From a virus (taxonomy: Duplodnaviria > Caudoviricetes), in IMG/VR virus record IMGVR_UViG_3300032305_001759, positions 1 to 24,083 of that record: a DNA stretch of 24,083 nucleotides. The stretch is one strand, 5' to 3'. The translations under genes and the position numbers were made by a program. Under the pieces are notes generated by a model, which saw only the letters and a program-made list of their open reading frames with translations, was not told the origin of the DNA and made no database searches. Below are positions 1-9,998 of the stretch, in pieces. Position 1 is the stretch's first letter; every line of letters starts with the position of its first letter.

Positions 1-872
1 CTTGTAGCACTTGGCGGATTTGCTTCATGAGTATGATTTGCACTATTATTGGATGTTGTATTTCCAGCACTTGCACCACCTGTGGTATTTCCAGCACTTG
101 CACCACCTGTGGTATTTCCATCACTTGCACCACCCGTAGTGTTTCCTGTACTTGCACCAGATGTTGTTGGAGTAGAATCTCCACTATTTGAGGAAGAATG
201 TTGATGCGTCATTGCACCGCCAGTTTCACCACGGGTATCAAATTCAGCTTGAGCTGCATCAATTCCAACTACAACCTTTCCTTTTAAGTTTGGAACATTA
301 AAGTTTGCACCAGATCCACCAAATGTATATCCAATAACACCATAAAGATTTGCATAAGTTGTTGTGGAATAGGAAGTACCATCACAAAGCAACCATCCTG
401 TTGGAGCAGAAGATCCAGCATGTATTGAAATCATTCCAGTTGGTGTGTTTGTGTTAATTTGAGTTTGAATAGGTGAAGTTACACCATCTACATAATTAAG
501 TTCAGTTGAAGTAGCAACAAGATCAACATTTTCATTAATTTTTGGAGAAGTTAAAGTTTTATTTGTTAAAGTTTGAATAGTACCAGTTCCAACAACTGAA
601 TTTCCTGCACCGACACCATGGACGTTTAAAGTTGCAGGAGCGTGACCCGTTATTGCTTCATCAGTTGATGTAATTCTAGTATCAAAATCTAGTAAATGTC
701 CATAAAGACTTACGTCTCCTGTTGTAGTTCCAACTGTGGAATCGCCAAAATAAAATAATTCAAATGCATTTTGAATATCTGCATTGTCTGATAATTCTGG
801 AACATATGTATTAAATAGAACACTATTAACTAGAGTACCAAAACCTTTAGTTTTTCCAATATACTCTGCCAT
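1..872 (-). CDS. Tail fibre protein with phage tail-collar domain (3' end runs off the window)
   Basis: Not in the ORF track. ATG at 872, manual translation MAEYIGKTKGFG...PTGMISIHAGSSAPTGWLLCDGTSYSTTTYANLYGVIGYTFGGSGANFNVPNLKGKVVVG, a canonical collar motif, followed by HxH motifs and GGASAGNTT repeats. Confidence 0.85.
   Translation of the reverse strand, partial: MAEYIGKTKGFGTLVNSVLFNTYVPELSDNADIQNAFELFYFGDSTVGTTTGDVSLYGHLLDFDTRITSTDEAITGHAPATLNVHGVGAGNSVVGTGTIQTLTNKTLTSPKINENVDLVATSTELNYVDGVTSPIQTQINTNTPTGMISIHAGSSAPTGWLLCDGTSYSTTTYANLYGVIGYTFGGSGANFNVPNLKGKVVVGIDAAQAEFDTRGETGGAMTHQHSSSNSGDSTPTTSGASTGNTTGGASDGNTTGGASAGNTTGGASAGNTTSNNSANHTHEANPPSAT
54..160 (-). repeat. 27-bp coding tandem repeat (GGASxGNTT, about 4 copies)
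   Basis: GTATTTCCAGCACTTGCACCACCTGTG units repeated in tandem, with degenerate copies towards 160. Confidence 0.85.
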
Positions 873-873
873 T

Positions 874-1467
874 TTATGCACCTACTCCAGCAGTTATATA
901 AAGATTAACAGGAACTGCAGATGAAGAAATTAAAGATATAGATCCTGAAGAAAATTGTGCACCTTTTAATTCTGCAATAAAAGTTTTAACGCTAGATACT
1001 GTTTGAATATCTTTATTTGAAATAGATATAAAAGCTGGATTACTCAATTCTGATATTGCTTGAACAAGAATTGTATCTGGATTAAGATTTTCTGGAGCAT
1101 TAGAATAAAAATCTGCCAAAGGTATTGAAATAGATCCAGTTCCAGATATGAAATCAACTGGTTCTTGAATGCTGTGGGATAGTGGTTGAAACTTTAAAAC
1201 TTCTTGCCAAGTAGCCCCTCCAGGAACTGCATTATAAATATAAACAACTCCATACTTTCCACCGTCAAGTTTTTGATTTATATACAAATCTTTTACTTTT
1301 ACATTTGTTAAGATAGAGGCGTTTTCAGGTGCAGTTGGAGGTCCTAATCCAAAAAAGAATTGAGAACCTCTTTCTCCTTGTGGACCAATGTCAACACTTA
1401 CAGATACTGAAGCAGGTGGTCCAACTACAACTAATTCATCATTAGATATAATAGTATCTATTGCCAT
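874..1467 (-). CDS. Putative virion structural protein with short collagen-like GPQGERG motif; paralog of 11829-12302
   Basis: 197-aa ORF in the tail operon; VDIGPQGERGS..G.GPP...DLYIN parallels the 157-aa ORF. Confidence 0.6.
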   Translation of the reverse strand: MAIDTIISNDELVVVGPPASVSVSVDIGPQGERGSQFFFGLGPPTAPENASILTNVKVKDLYINQKLDGGKYGVVYIYNAVPGGATWQEVLKFQPLSHSIQEPVDFISGTGSISIPLADFYSNAPENLNPDTILVQAISELSNPAFISISNKDIQTVSSVKTFIAELKGAQFSSGSISLISSSAVPVNLYITAGVGA

Positions 1468-1468
1468 A

Positions 1469-1855
1469 CTAAGTTACCGCCACATCTTGTGTAACACTTA
1501 TCGTTCCAGTTAAAAGTGTAAATACTTTTCCAAAGGAAGAAGAGGATGCACTTGTGTTTTGAATTTGAAGATCATAAAAATATGCTGGGGCTGTTAATTT
1601 TCTACCACCAGCTGGTTTGATTGTGCAGGAAACATGATCTCCATCTTGAACAGTCGCTGAAGCGTCTGTTGAAGCAGTAACAGAATTTATAGCAGCTGCA
1701 GATGCGGATACGCCTCTGGCTGTAGAAACTAAGAAAAGTGCGGTGTAATTAGAAAGATCATCAAATACTCCACCAGTAGAATTTTTTGGGTATACAAAAA
1801 ACTCAAAAGTGTCACCAGCATAGTAGTTAAAGTTATATGTTCCTGGAAATGCCAT
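1469..1855 (-). CDS. Putative baseplate/tail adaptor protein (BppU-N-like beta-sandwich); paralog of 12302-12655
   Basis: 128 aa; PGTYNF..GDTF...YDLQI...LLTGTISVTQDV pattern shared with the 117-aa ORF; AAGGTGA SD upstream. Confidence 0.6.
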   Translation of the reverse strand: MAFPGTYNFNYYAGDTFEFFVYPKNSTGGVFDDLSNYTALFLVSTARGVSASAAAINSVTASTDASATVQDGDHVSCTIKPAGGRKLTAPAYFYDLQIQNTSASSSSFGKVFTLLTGTISVTQDVAVT

Positions 1856-1873
1856 AGTTAATCACCTTAAATT

Positions 1874-1882
1874 ATTATACCA
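1874..1882 (-). promoter_or_regulatory. Extended -10 promoter TGGTATAAT (putative late promoter)
   Basis: Intergenic; the same TGnTATAAT motif recurs at 12683, 13051, 14367 and 17636 upstream of minus-strand genes. Confidence 0.55.
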
Positions 1883-1890
1883 TGTTTGAT

Positions 1891-2526
1891 TTATAGTTCA
1901 AGTTCTAGCTGGTCTTTTATTGGAATACTAAATCTTGGATTTGGATCTTCCCATCCAAAACCGCTTGCTCTTTCATATCTTCTTAAAGACAAAATACAGT
2001 CTATTACTCCAAGACGGTATTCATCAGACATTCTATCTGGATCATCAATTCTATTAGCATATCTTACATCTAATAAATCATATAGAGGTCTGTAGACATT
2101 TCTAAAATTAAATAAAGAGTTTATAAACATGTTTGATACTGGCTCAGCAACACTAGCCTTTTTTAGTTCTTGAACAGCTATTTCTGCCATATACATCATT
2201 TCTGCTTCAACCATATTATTTACACAATAAGTTAAAACTGAGTAAATAATCAATGCTCTAACTTGATCTTCTGTTAAACCATTTATATCTTTACCAGCAA
2301 TTAATTCTTCTGCTTTTTCATATGTCAAATCTTTCCAAATCCACTCTTTTTCATGAGACAAAACTTCATCTAAATACTTTTCAATATTTGTTTGATGAAA
2401 CTTTTCATGTTCATGTATTTTATTTTCAGGATCCATTACATGAGTATGTCTATAACTAAATTTTCCAACATGCTCATGATTTTCTGCATCTTCATGAGTA
2501 TGATCATGTTCTGGCATGACCGTCAT
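1891..2526 (-). CDS. Hypothetical protein with His-rich N-terminus
   Basis: 211-aa ORF; HDHTHE..HEH..HTH..HEH N-terminus and helical acidic body. Confidence 0.7.
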   Translation of the reverse strand: MTVMPEHDHTHEDAENHEHVGKFSYRHTHVMDPENKIHEHEKFHQTNIEKYLDEVLSHEKEWIWKDLTYEKAEELIAGKDINGLTEDQVRALIIYSVLTYCVNNMVEAEMMYMAEIAVQELKKASVAEPVSNMFINSLFNFRNVYRPLYDLLDVRYANRIDDPDRMSDEYRLGVIDCILSLRRYERASGFGWEDPNPRFSIPIKDQLELEL

Positions 2527-2529
2527 ATA

Positions 2530-3240
2530 TTATTCCCAATCCTTCAACACTCTAAAATTATCTTTATATCTATTCTTCATATGCCTTTCAGCTTTTCTCC
2601 AAATCTTATTAAACTCTGCATTATATTTATTTACTTTTGATCCCCAGGATTCTCTTTTAAAAGGAATAATTTGAATCATTGGAGTTCCTGCTGGAATAAG
2701 TCCTTCAAAATCTTTTCTTAAAAAGAATGGAAAGTTTACTGGCGTAGGATGATTATCCGTATCTACAATTGCTGGTAGACATTGGAATGGCAAATCATCT
2801 CTTAAAATTGGTGACATAAAAATTGAAGAATATCCCTTTGGAGTTTGAGTTATCCAAGGGTTTATAAACTTATATCCTATTGGATGAAATTCTTTAGGAA
2901 TGTTAAAACTGTCATACTGCATTTGTCCATGACTTTCAATGCAAGTATAATCATTTATAGCCCATGAAAAGTTTGGAAGCCCATCTTCTTTTATAGAAAT
3001 ATGAATATCTGCAGGAGTTTTAATAATATACCCAGCAGAAATTAAATCAAAAACTGGCATACAGGCTTTTATTGTTGTATTATATGTTCCAGTTTCTGGA
3101 CTTAGTATTTTTTCTCCGCCAGTATATCTATTTTGCTTTTTATACCATTCAGGAATGCTATCCTTAGCTGGGATTGGATTATCAAAAATGCCATCATAAG
3201 ATTCTCTTGATGGATAAAAATTAATAATACTATTTTTCAT
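2530..3240 (-). CDS. Conserved phage protein (DUF6065-like / dUTPase-like beta fold)
   Basis: 236 aa; TIKACMP..D....GY, NPW...TPKGYS, P.IVDTD and IPAGTPMIQIIPFKRE motifs that I recall from a family common in freshwater phage tail regions. Confidence 0.55.
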   Translation of the reverse strand: MKNSIINFYPSRESYDGIFDNPIPAKDSIPEWYKKQNRYTGGEKILSPETGTYNTTIKACMPVFDLISAGYIIKTPADIHISIKEDGLPNFSWAINDYTCIESHGQMQYDSFNIPKEFHPIGYKFINPWITQTPKGYSSIFMSPILRDDLPFQCLPAIVDTDNHPTPVNFPFFLRKDFEGLIPAGTPMIQIIPFKRESWGSKVNKYNAEFNKIWRKAERHMKNRYKDNFRVLKDWE

Positions 3241-3253
3241 TATTTTCTTTCTA

Positions 3254-4021
3254 TTAGGCTTTTATAAAGTATAACACATTTGCATAAGGAACTGAAATTG
3301 GATTAGAAGCTGTTCCATCTACTGTACTTCCTGAACTATTTCCAGCAGAAGTTGCAGATGAAGAGTGCGTATGACCTGCATCACCAGCATTTCCTGAGTT
3401 TCCATTAATACCCCCTGCATGTGTATGATCTGCTCCACCAACAGCAGCAAAATTATTTCCATTAACACCGAAACTATGAGTATGATTTCCTAAGAGTCCT
3501 CCACCCGCAGTTCCTGCTGGTCCATTTTTCTGGCTTGCACCCATTGTTCCAGCAGCCAATGTTCTATTGTGTGCATGATTCGCATCAGAAATATTTCCAA
3601 TAGCATTAAAATTATAGTTATGCGAGTGTGTTACATTTGCTGCATTCATAGAAAAGTCATTATTTGACATTGATACAGGATGTGAATGATTATACGATGT
3701 TAATTTTGTTCCAACAGTATTTGTATTATAAAAAGTACTAGATGTTCCAACAATTGTCATTTTATTATCTTTAAGATTTGGAACATTAAAGGATGTTACT
3801 CCACTTCCGCCATAAAGTACTCCAATTACAGAAAATAAAGATGCGTACTCAGGACTTGCAGAGGCATTTAAAGATCTACCATCACAAGGTATCAATCCAA
3901 TTGTGACATATGATGTATCACTATATTCTGAAAATGGACCTGCAATAGTAACTATTCCACCTGTTGGAATATAAGAGTAAGATGATTCTGCATCTATTGA
4001 GTCTGATTTAAAGTCTGCCAT
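3254..4021 (-). CDS. Tail-collar domain short-fibre protein
   Basis: PTGGIV..AG...CDGRSL...Y.SLFSVIG..YGGSG..FNVPNL collar motif; multiple HxH motifs; C-terminal PY.NVLYFIKA. Confidence 0.85.
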   Translation of the reverse strand: MADFKSDSIDAESSYSYIPTGGIVTIAGPFSEYSDTSYVTIGLIPCDGRSLNASASPEYASLFSVIGVLYGGSGVTSFNVPNLKDNKMTIVGTSSTFYNTNTVGTKLTSYNHSHPVSMSNNDFSMNAANVTHSHNYNFNAIGNISDANHAHNRTLAAGTMGASQKNGPAGTAGGGLLGNHTHSFGVNGNNFAAVGGADHTHAGGINGNSGNAGDAGHTHSSSATSAGNSSGSTVDGTASNPISVPYANVLYFIKA

Positions 4022-4030
4022 AATTTTCTC

Positions 4031-5953
4031 CTATGTTTTTATAAGGAAATACACCTGCTTACTTAATGGAGTCATATTTGAAGTATTAACCGAGTGAGAA
4101 GAACTCCCTATATTAGTATTATGATTGTGATTATGATTTGTTGCATTATGTATTGTAATGTTGTGTGTATGAGCATATGCATAATTATTTGATCCTGCTG
4201 ACCATGCTGCACCACCATGAGTGTGGTTAGTTCCTCCAGATGGACCTGAAGCATAAGGTCCTGCAGGACCAGCAGCTCTTGTTCCAGAACTTCCAGATCC
4301 AGCTCCAGATGTATTTGTATTTCCACTAACACTTCCATGATTATGACTATGTGTATCGGCATTTGTACCTGATGTATTTGAATTATGATTGTGATAATGA
4401 TTATAAACAGAAAAACTTGTTGAATTTATTCCAACAGTATGACCGTGTGTAAATGAGGCTGGGTACGATGCTTCACTTGATATTGTTGAAAAAGGAATTC
4501 TTTCAGTAGGATTATTTGTTGCATTGTAAACAAGTGGTGGTAAATTAAATGTTGAAGAAGATCCTCCATATGGTAGTGATGATCCTAAATCAAAAACATA
4601 TACTGCACCATTGTTTGAATTAGGAGATGTGTCTACAAAGGGGGAAGATATCATAACCCTTGCCCCATCTGGAGATATTTGGTTCCAATACCCAAAGGTA
4701 TCTTCACTCTGCACGTCTGGTGCAAAAAATTTACGCTGCTGTGTCCATACGCCACCTGATCTAGTAAATAAGTAAGCTGCACCAGTACTATTACCAATAG
4801 AGGAACCCTCATTCTCTGCACCAATTATTGCCATATTGCCATCTGAGGATATTGACAAAGATGCTCCAAAATAATGATAATTTATTTTGTCAGATGCGAG
4901 AATTTTTGCTTCTTGTGTCCATACGCCACCTGACCTAGTAAAACAATAAACTGCACCGTTATTCGTATTTGGAGATGTGCTTTCTTGATAAGCACCAATG
5001 AGTGCTGTATTACCGTCTGAAGAAAGTGCAACCGTTGTTCCAAAGTAATCATTAGACGCTGCATCACTTGCTAAAAGTTTTTGTTGCTCGGTCCACACGC
5101 TACCTGATCTAGTAAAATAATAAACTGCACCGTTATTCGTATTTGGAGATGTGTCTTCTACATAAGCACCGATTAGTGCAACAGTTGCATCTGAAGAAAG
5201 TGCAACTGATAATCCAAAAAATTCTGAGCCTGAACGGTCAGATGCTAAAAGTTTTTGTTGCTGGGTCCACACGCTACCTGATCTAGTAAAATAATAAACT
5301 GCACCATTGCTTGAAGTTGGAGATGTGTCTTCTTGATAAGCACCAATGAGTGCTGTATTACCGTCTGAAGAAAGTGCAACTGAAATACCAAAAGCGTCTA
5401 AACTTAAACGATCAGATGCTACGAGTTTTTGTTGCTGAGTCCATACGCCACCTGATCTAGTAAAAACATAGGCAGCACCTTGGAATGAAGCACCTTCACT
5501 ATATGCCCCAATTATTGCTGTATTTCCATCTGATGATAATGCTAATGAACTTCCAAATGAATCACCAGACGTTGCATCACTTGCTAAAAGTTTTTGTTGC
5601 TCGGTCCACACTCCACCTGAAAAAACAAAAACATATACTGCACCATTTTGAGAATTAGGAGAGGTGCTTTCTGAAGGAGATGAAATTAAAGCAGTATTTC
5701 CATCTAAAGATACGGCTATACTTTTTCCAAAGTAATCATTAGACGCTGCATCAGAAGCACTAAGTTTTGCTTTATAAGATAAATGATTTACTAGTTCAGG
5801 ATAGTCAGCATTGTTAACAGGTCTTCCATCACACAAAAGCCATCCATCATCTATAGTTGAATTTGCTCTTATGATAATGCTTCCAACTGGATAATTTTGA
5901 ATAAATCCATTTTTATCTAAAGCTGCACCTGATCCTAGTTTTAAATTTGCCAT
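4031..5953 (-). CDS. Tail-collar protein with inserted 7-bladed FG-GAP beta-propeller
   Basis: PVGSII...GWLLCDG...YPEL, then 7 FG-GAP repeats (KLxASD...FG.SVALSSDG..A.IGA...GAVYxF), then YGGS...FNLP, HxH motifs and a YFLIKT end. Confidence 0.85.
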   Translation of the reverse strand: MANLKLGSGAALDKNGFIQNYPVGSIIIRANSTIDDGWLLCDGRPVNNADYPELVNHLSYKAKLSASDAASNDYFGKSIAVSLDGNTALISSPSESTSPNSQNGAVYVFVFSGGVWTEQQKLLASDATSGDSFGSSLALSSDGNTAIIGAYSEGASFQGAAYVFTRSGGVWTQQQKLVASDRLSLDAFGISVALSSDGNTALIGAYQEDTSPTSSNGAVYYFTRSGSVWTQQQKLLASDRSGSEFFGLSVALSSDATVALIGAYVEDTSPNTNNGAVYYFTRSGSVWTEQQKLLASDAASNDYFGTTVALSSDGNTALIGAYQESTSPNTNNGAVYCFTRSGGVWTQEAKILASDKINYHYFGASLSISSDGNMAIIGAENEGSSIGNSTGAAYLFTRSGGVWTQQRKFFAPDVQSEDTFGYWNQISPDGARVMISSPFVDTSPNSNNGAVYVFDLGSSLPYGGSSSTFNLPPLVYNATNNPTERIPFSTISSEASYPASFTHGHTVGINSTSFSVYNHYHNHNSNTSGTNADTHSHNHGSVSGNTNTSGAGSGSSGTRAAGPAGPYASGPSGGTNHTHGGAAWSAGSNNYAYAHTHNITIHNATNHNHNHNTNIGSSSHSVNTSNMTPLSKQVYFLIKT

Positions 5954-5963
5954 ATTAAAATCC

Positions 5964-6614
5964 TCATATCTTCATTATATAATTCATTATAATAAATGGT
6001 TGATATTGTTTTCCTGGATCTGTTAAATTTCCAGAAAGTCCTCCTATAGAATGACCTGCACTATGACTTCCACCTGTACTCATATTTACAGTAGTTCCAT
6101 TGTGTACATGATTAGAAGTATCTGTTGCATCTGCAGAAGCATTTTGATTTTGTGTATGTGAATGAGGTCTTGGAACAAAAGAAATTGGACCTCCTGCATT
6201 AGTGCTATTTGCAATAAGATTGTTTGAAGCTGCAGCAGAAGTAGTAGTAAAGTTAGCATTGTGCCCATGCGATGGACCAGTAGCTCCAGCAGCCTGTCCA
6301 GAGCTTATTGCATTATATCCATGAGTTTCTGAAGCAATTGCATTATCTATTCCATAACCTGCTACGGAAGTTGTATGAGTATGATTTGTATTTCCATAAG
6401 TAACTCCAATATTTCCTGAAGAAGAGGCTCCTACAATAAAAAATCCTCTTAGGTCAGGAGTTCCATTTGCTCCATCACAAATTGCCCATCCAGTTGGTGC
6501 TACAGTTCCAGCAAATGGAATAATATCTCCAGTTTTTGGAAGACCATTTGTTCCAGATGTTGAGACTCCAGTACTTTTAATATCTAAATTTTCTTTTAAT
6601 TTTAGATTAGCCAT
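5964..6614 (-). CDS. Tail-collar domain short-fibre protein
   Basis: GDIIPFAGTVAPTGWAICDGANGTPDLRGFFIVGA motif, HxH motifs, QPFIIMNYIMKI end. Confidence 0.85.
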   Translation of the reverse strand: MANLKLKENLDIKSTGVSTSGTNGLPKTGDIIPFAGTVAPTGWAICDGANGTPDLRGFFIVGASSSGNIGVTYGNTNHTHTTSVAGYGIDNAIASETHGYNAISSGQAAGATGPSHGHNANFTTTSAAASNNLIANSTNAGGPISFVPRPHSHTQNQNASADATDTSNHVHNGTTVNMSTGGSHSAGHSIGGLSGNLTDPGKQYQPFIIMNYIMKI

Positions 6615-9600
6615 TAGATAGATACCTCAGTTGCAATAATTTCAATATTAGTTCCCGATGTTACTGCTACAGTAAGGATTGCATTTGGTGCAGAATAAGA
6701 TGGGGTAATTGTAACTGTTGGAGCAGTTCCCTGTGTAAGAATTGCATACTCTGTAATAACTGGAGTTGCTGCTCCTCTTGCTAACATTAATACCTTAGAA
6801 ACATAGTTTCCATTAGAAGTAGATCCATATACAATAAATTCTGCAGAAGAATGAGTTGTTGTATCAAATGAAGATGTTGCAGAAGTTGTTCCAGTTGATG
6901 CTTCCATTATTGCTTGTCCATTAATATTTACAGAAGTAAATTTTCCAGTAGATGCAGTTGTTGCACCAATTGAAGCATTATCAATAGTTCCTCCAGAAAT
7001 TACTGGGGTAGTTAAAGTTGGGCTTATTGCAAATACTGCTGAACCAGAACCAGTTTCATCTGATAATAATGCTGCTAATTCTGAAGAGTTTGTAAATGAA
7101 GAGCCTCCACTTGCAGTTCCCCACTCAATGGCAGTTCCTCCTGCATTAACTTTAAGAACTTGACCAGCAGTTCCAAGTGTTGTAAGACCAGTTCCACCTT
7201 TTGTGTATCCAATTTCTGTTCCAGACCAGGTTCCAGAAGATATCGTTCCAACAGTTGTAATGCTATCATCACCAGTATAAGTTCCACCTGCCACTGCTGC
7301 TAAAGTTGAGCTATAAGCCTGAATGTCTGTTCCAATTGCAAGACCAAGATTGGTTCTTGTTGTAGATGCATTTGTGACTTCAAGAGCACCAATTTTTAAT
7401 GTGTCAAATATTGCACCTGTAAAATCAATAATATTACTTGTTGGATCTAAAAGATTAGAAGCTAGTTTCCATTTTCCAGAATCTGAAGCATCTCTGATTA
7501 AACCAGTGTGGTACTGTATTGAAGCACTATGATTATATGCACCAAATATACCAATATCTACCAGGTCATTTGGATTGCTATCTGCAAGGTATATCAAAGG
7601 GTCTGTTACAACTAAGTCTGTTACATTTATATAACTTATTGATCCACTAATAGACCCAGTAATATTAATATCTCCACCAATGTATACATTATTATTTACA
7701 TATAAATCTTCCCCGATTCCTACGCCACCTGTAACAATTAATGCTCCAGTGGACATTGAAGATGAAGGAGTTGCATTTGTAATTGAAATAGCATTTGAAG
7801 TTGTTGCTCCACGGCTTGTTACAGAGGATAGAGTATCTGATTCAGAAGTTAAATAACTTCCAGCAAGTTGATATGTAGTTGAAGCGGATGCCTTAGTTAA
7901 GTAATTTGTTGAAGCAGAAGACTCTGTTAAATATCCAGTAAAATCAACATTTTGCCAAGATACGCTTGCACCGTTTGTTTGTAAGAACTTTCCACTGTTT
8001 CCAGTTTGATCGGGATAAGATGCTCCACCACCAGAAACTGTTTCATTTACCCACCTTGAAGTAGTGGTATCCCAAACAATTGCTTGACCATCTGAAGGAG
8101 TTCCAGTAATTACAACATTTGAAAGACTATCTAGTGTGTGATTATGAGCACTTGTAGAATATGTAGCTGTGTCTACTGACCATGTTCCAGAACCATTTGT
8201 CTTTAAGAATCCAGAAGTTCCTGTTAATGCAGCAATTGAGGAAAGGTCTCCATCATATGCTTGTACTGTTGAACCAATGTCTGTGGTTACAACCAAAGTC
8301 TTAGAAGATGGAATGGTTGTTCCATTAATAGATGTTGCTGTTGCTACACCAATATTTGGAGTAACAAAAATTGGAGAATCTGGAACTCCAATAGTAACGT
8401 TTCCAGCTGAAGCACTTACAGAAATTTCATTTATTGTTCCATTTATACTAAGAACACCAGAGTTTGAAATAACTCCAGTAGGATCATCATAAAAAAGACC
8501 TGAACCTAAAATGTTTCCAACAGCATCTTGTGCTCTTTCATCTGTATAGTAAAGATTAGTTCCTTCAGATATATTAGTTGTGCTATATGAAGAGATTCCA
8601 AGAAATGCTGTTGATTGATTTGAGTTATCTGGAAAAGTAAGATCTCCATTATTTTTAAATACCCAAGCTTTAGCTGCCCCAGCTCCACCTGTGTCTATGG
8701 TAACTCCAGTAGCTTCTGCAACAATAACAGAATTATTTAAACTTTTTATAGAAGTTTGTATATCATTTGTAATTTGAAGAGATGCACCTACTGATCCAAT
8801 ATCTGTTCCAACGGTTACTGAACCAGTAAATGTTGGGGAATTTGATGTTGCAAGACCTGCTTCATCTGCTGTTTTATTTATCCATAAACCATTTGATAAA
8901 TTATATGCCAATAATTCATTATTTTGAACAGATCCAGAAATTAAAATGTCGTGAATATCTTCTAAATGACCTCCACTTGATGGTCTTACAAATAAAATGC
9001 CAGTTGTTTGATGACGAATTATAATAATTGCAACTACAACAGCATGTGTTGGCTTTACGTTTGTTAGTTTTCCTGGAACAGTTGGATGAACATACAAGAG
9101 ATCTCCAGCAGCCCAGGTTTCATCTCCAACGCTTATTGCAGTTGAAGAAGTTCCTCTTGTATCTAAGTCTCTAACATATCCAAAATGTTGAACAAATCCG
9201 TTAATGCCATTACTAATACTTTCTGTTGCAAGACCCATAAATCTTACTTCTCTTACAGATCCATCTGCTACATATGGAGTTACTTGTATTCTTCCACTTG
9301 GTTCAACTCCAGATGCATACAGGGCAGTTCCTTTTGATATTGTAGAACCAGTTGAATTTCTTACTCTGTATACTGACTCTTCTCCAAGGTGTATATGTTT
9401 TGTGGATGATAGTCCAAGATTTAATGTACCTTCAACACTGTCCCATCCAAGTAATCCAGTTACTGGAGTAATATTTGCAGTTGTATCAAATTGAATAAAA
9501 TCTGGGGATGAAATAGAATTAATAGATGTCAAAGATCCACTTGTATTTAAATTAATAACATTGTTTATATCGTCATAAACTGCTGTAATATTTGTAGTGC

Positions 9601-9934
9601 TGGCACTTGTAAACATTGGTGCAACATAATCTTGAACTTGTTCTTGAGTTAATGAAACAACTCCATTTACTTCTACCCAGTAAGTTCCATCATATACATA
9701 AAATTCACCAGTATCATTTTTATACCAGGCATCTCCAACTACTGGAGAAACTGGTTCTGTGGTAGAAACTGTTGTTTCTGAACCTCCACCTGCACCAAGT
9801 TCAGACCACGCACCACTTTTATAAATTTTTGCAACAGAAGCGGAGCTATTAAAATATAGTTCTCCCTCGGATCCAACTGAAGGATCTGAATTTAGATTAA
9901 CCAGCTTTAAACTAGTTAAAAACTTCTTTGCCAT
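6614..9934 (-). CDS. Large mosaic tail fibre / virion protein (about 1106 aa)
   Basis: Ser/Thr/Gly-rich modular fibre. Start reassigned to ATG 9934 (MAKKFLTS) because of an AAGGA SD, similarity to the N-terminus of the upstream gene (MSRKFLTS), and a terminator hairpin in the upstream 51 nt. Confidence 0.8.
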   Translation of the reverse strand: MAKKFLTSLKLVNLNSDPSVGSEGELYFNSSASVAKIYKSGAWSELGAGGGSETTVSTTEPVSPVVGDAWYKNDTGEFYVYDGTYWVEVNGVVSLTQEQVQDYVAPMFTSASTTNITAVYDDINNVINLNTSGSLTSINSISSPDFIQFDTTANITPVTGLLGWDSVEGTLNLGLSSTKHIHLGEESVYRVRNSTGSTISKGTALYASGVEPSGRIQVTPYVADGSVREVRFMGLATESISNGINGFVQHFGYVRDLDTRGTSSTAISVGDETWAAGDLLYVHPTVPGKLTNVKPTHAVVVAIIIIRHQTTGILFVRPSSGGHLEDIHDILISGSVQNNELLAYNLSNGLWINKTADEAGLATSNSPTFTGSVTVGTDIGSVGASLQITNDIQTSIKSLNNSVIVAEATGVTIDTGGAGAAKAWVFKNNGDLTFPDNSNQSTAFLGISSYSTTNISEGTNLYYTDERAQDAVGNILGSGLFYDDPTGVISNSGVLSINGTINEISVSASAGNVTIGVPDSPIFVTPNIGVATATSINGTTIPSSKTLVVTTDIGSTVQAYDGDLSSIAALTGTSGFLKTNGSGTWSVDTATYSTSAHNHTLDSLSNVVITGTPSDGQAIVWDTTTSRWVNETVSGGGASYPDQTGNSGKFLQTNGASVSWQNVDFTGYLTESSASTNYLTKASASTTYQLAGSYLTSESDTLSSVTSRGATTSNAISITNATPSSSMSTGALIVTGGVGIGEDLYVNNNVYIGGDINITGSISGSISYINVTDLVVTDPLIYLADSNPNDLVDIGIFGAYNHSASIQYHTGLIRDASDSGKWKLASNLLDPTSNIIDFTGAIFDTLKIGALEVTNASTTRTNLGLAIGTDIQAYSSTLAAVAGGTYTGDDSITTVGTISSGTWSGTEIGYTKGGTGLTTLGTAGQVLKVNAGGTAIEWGTASGGSSFTNSSELAALLSDETGSGSAVFAISPTLTTPVISGGTIDNASIGATTASTGKFTSVNINGQAIMEASTGTTSATSSFDTTTHSSAEFIVYGSTSNGNYVSKVLMLARGAATPVITEYAILTQGTAPTVTITPSYSAPNAILTVAVTSGTNIEIIATEVSI

Positions 9935-9950
9935 AATAATTCCTTTTTTT

Positions 9951-9984
9951 AAAATGAGGGGCTGGGGTTTATTCCAGCCCCCCA
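9951..9984 (-). terminator. Intrinsic terminator/attenuator hairpin between two fibre genes
   Basis: GGGGCTGG (9958-9965) pairs with CCAGCCCC (9974-9981); followed by UUUU on the minus strand. Confidence 0.6.
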
Positions 9985-9998
9985 CATTATATTATACT

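Noticed and set aside
4586-5773. Diversity-generating retroelement template/variable repeat pair
   Set aside because: The near-identical segments are in-frame propeller blades, differences are not visibly adenine-specific, and no reverse transcriptase is present in the window.
9935-9985. N-terminal extension MGGWNKPQPLILKKGII of the 1123-aa ORF
   Set aside because: It overlaps a terminator hairpin; the SD and paralog alignment support ATG 9934.
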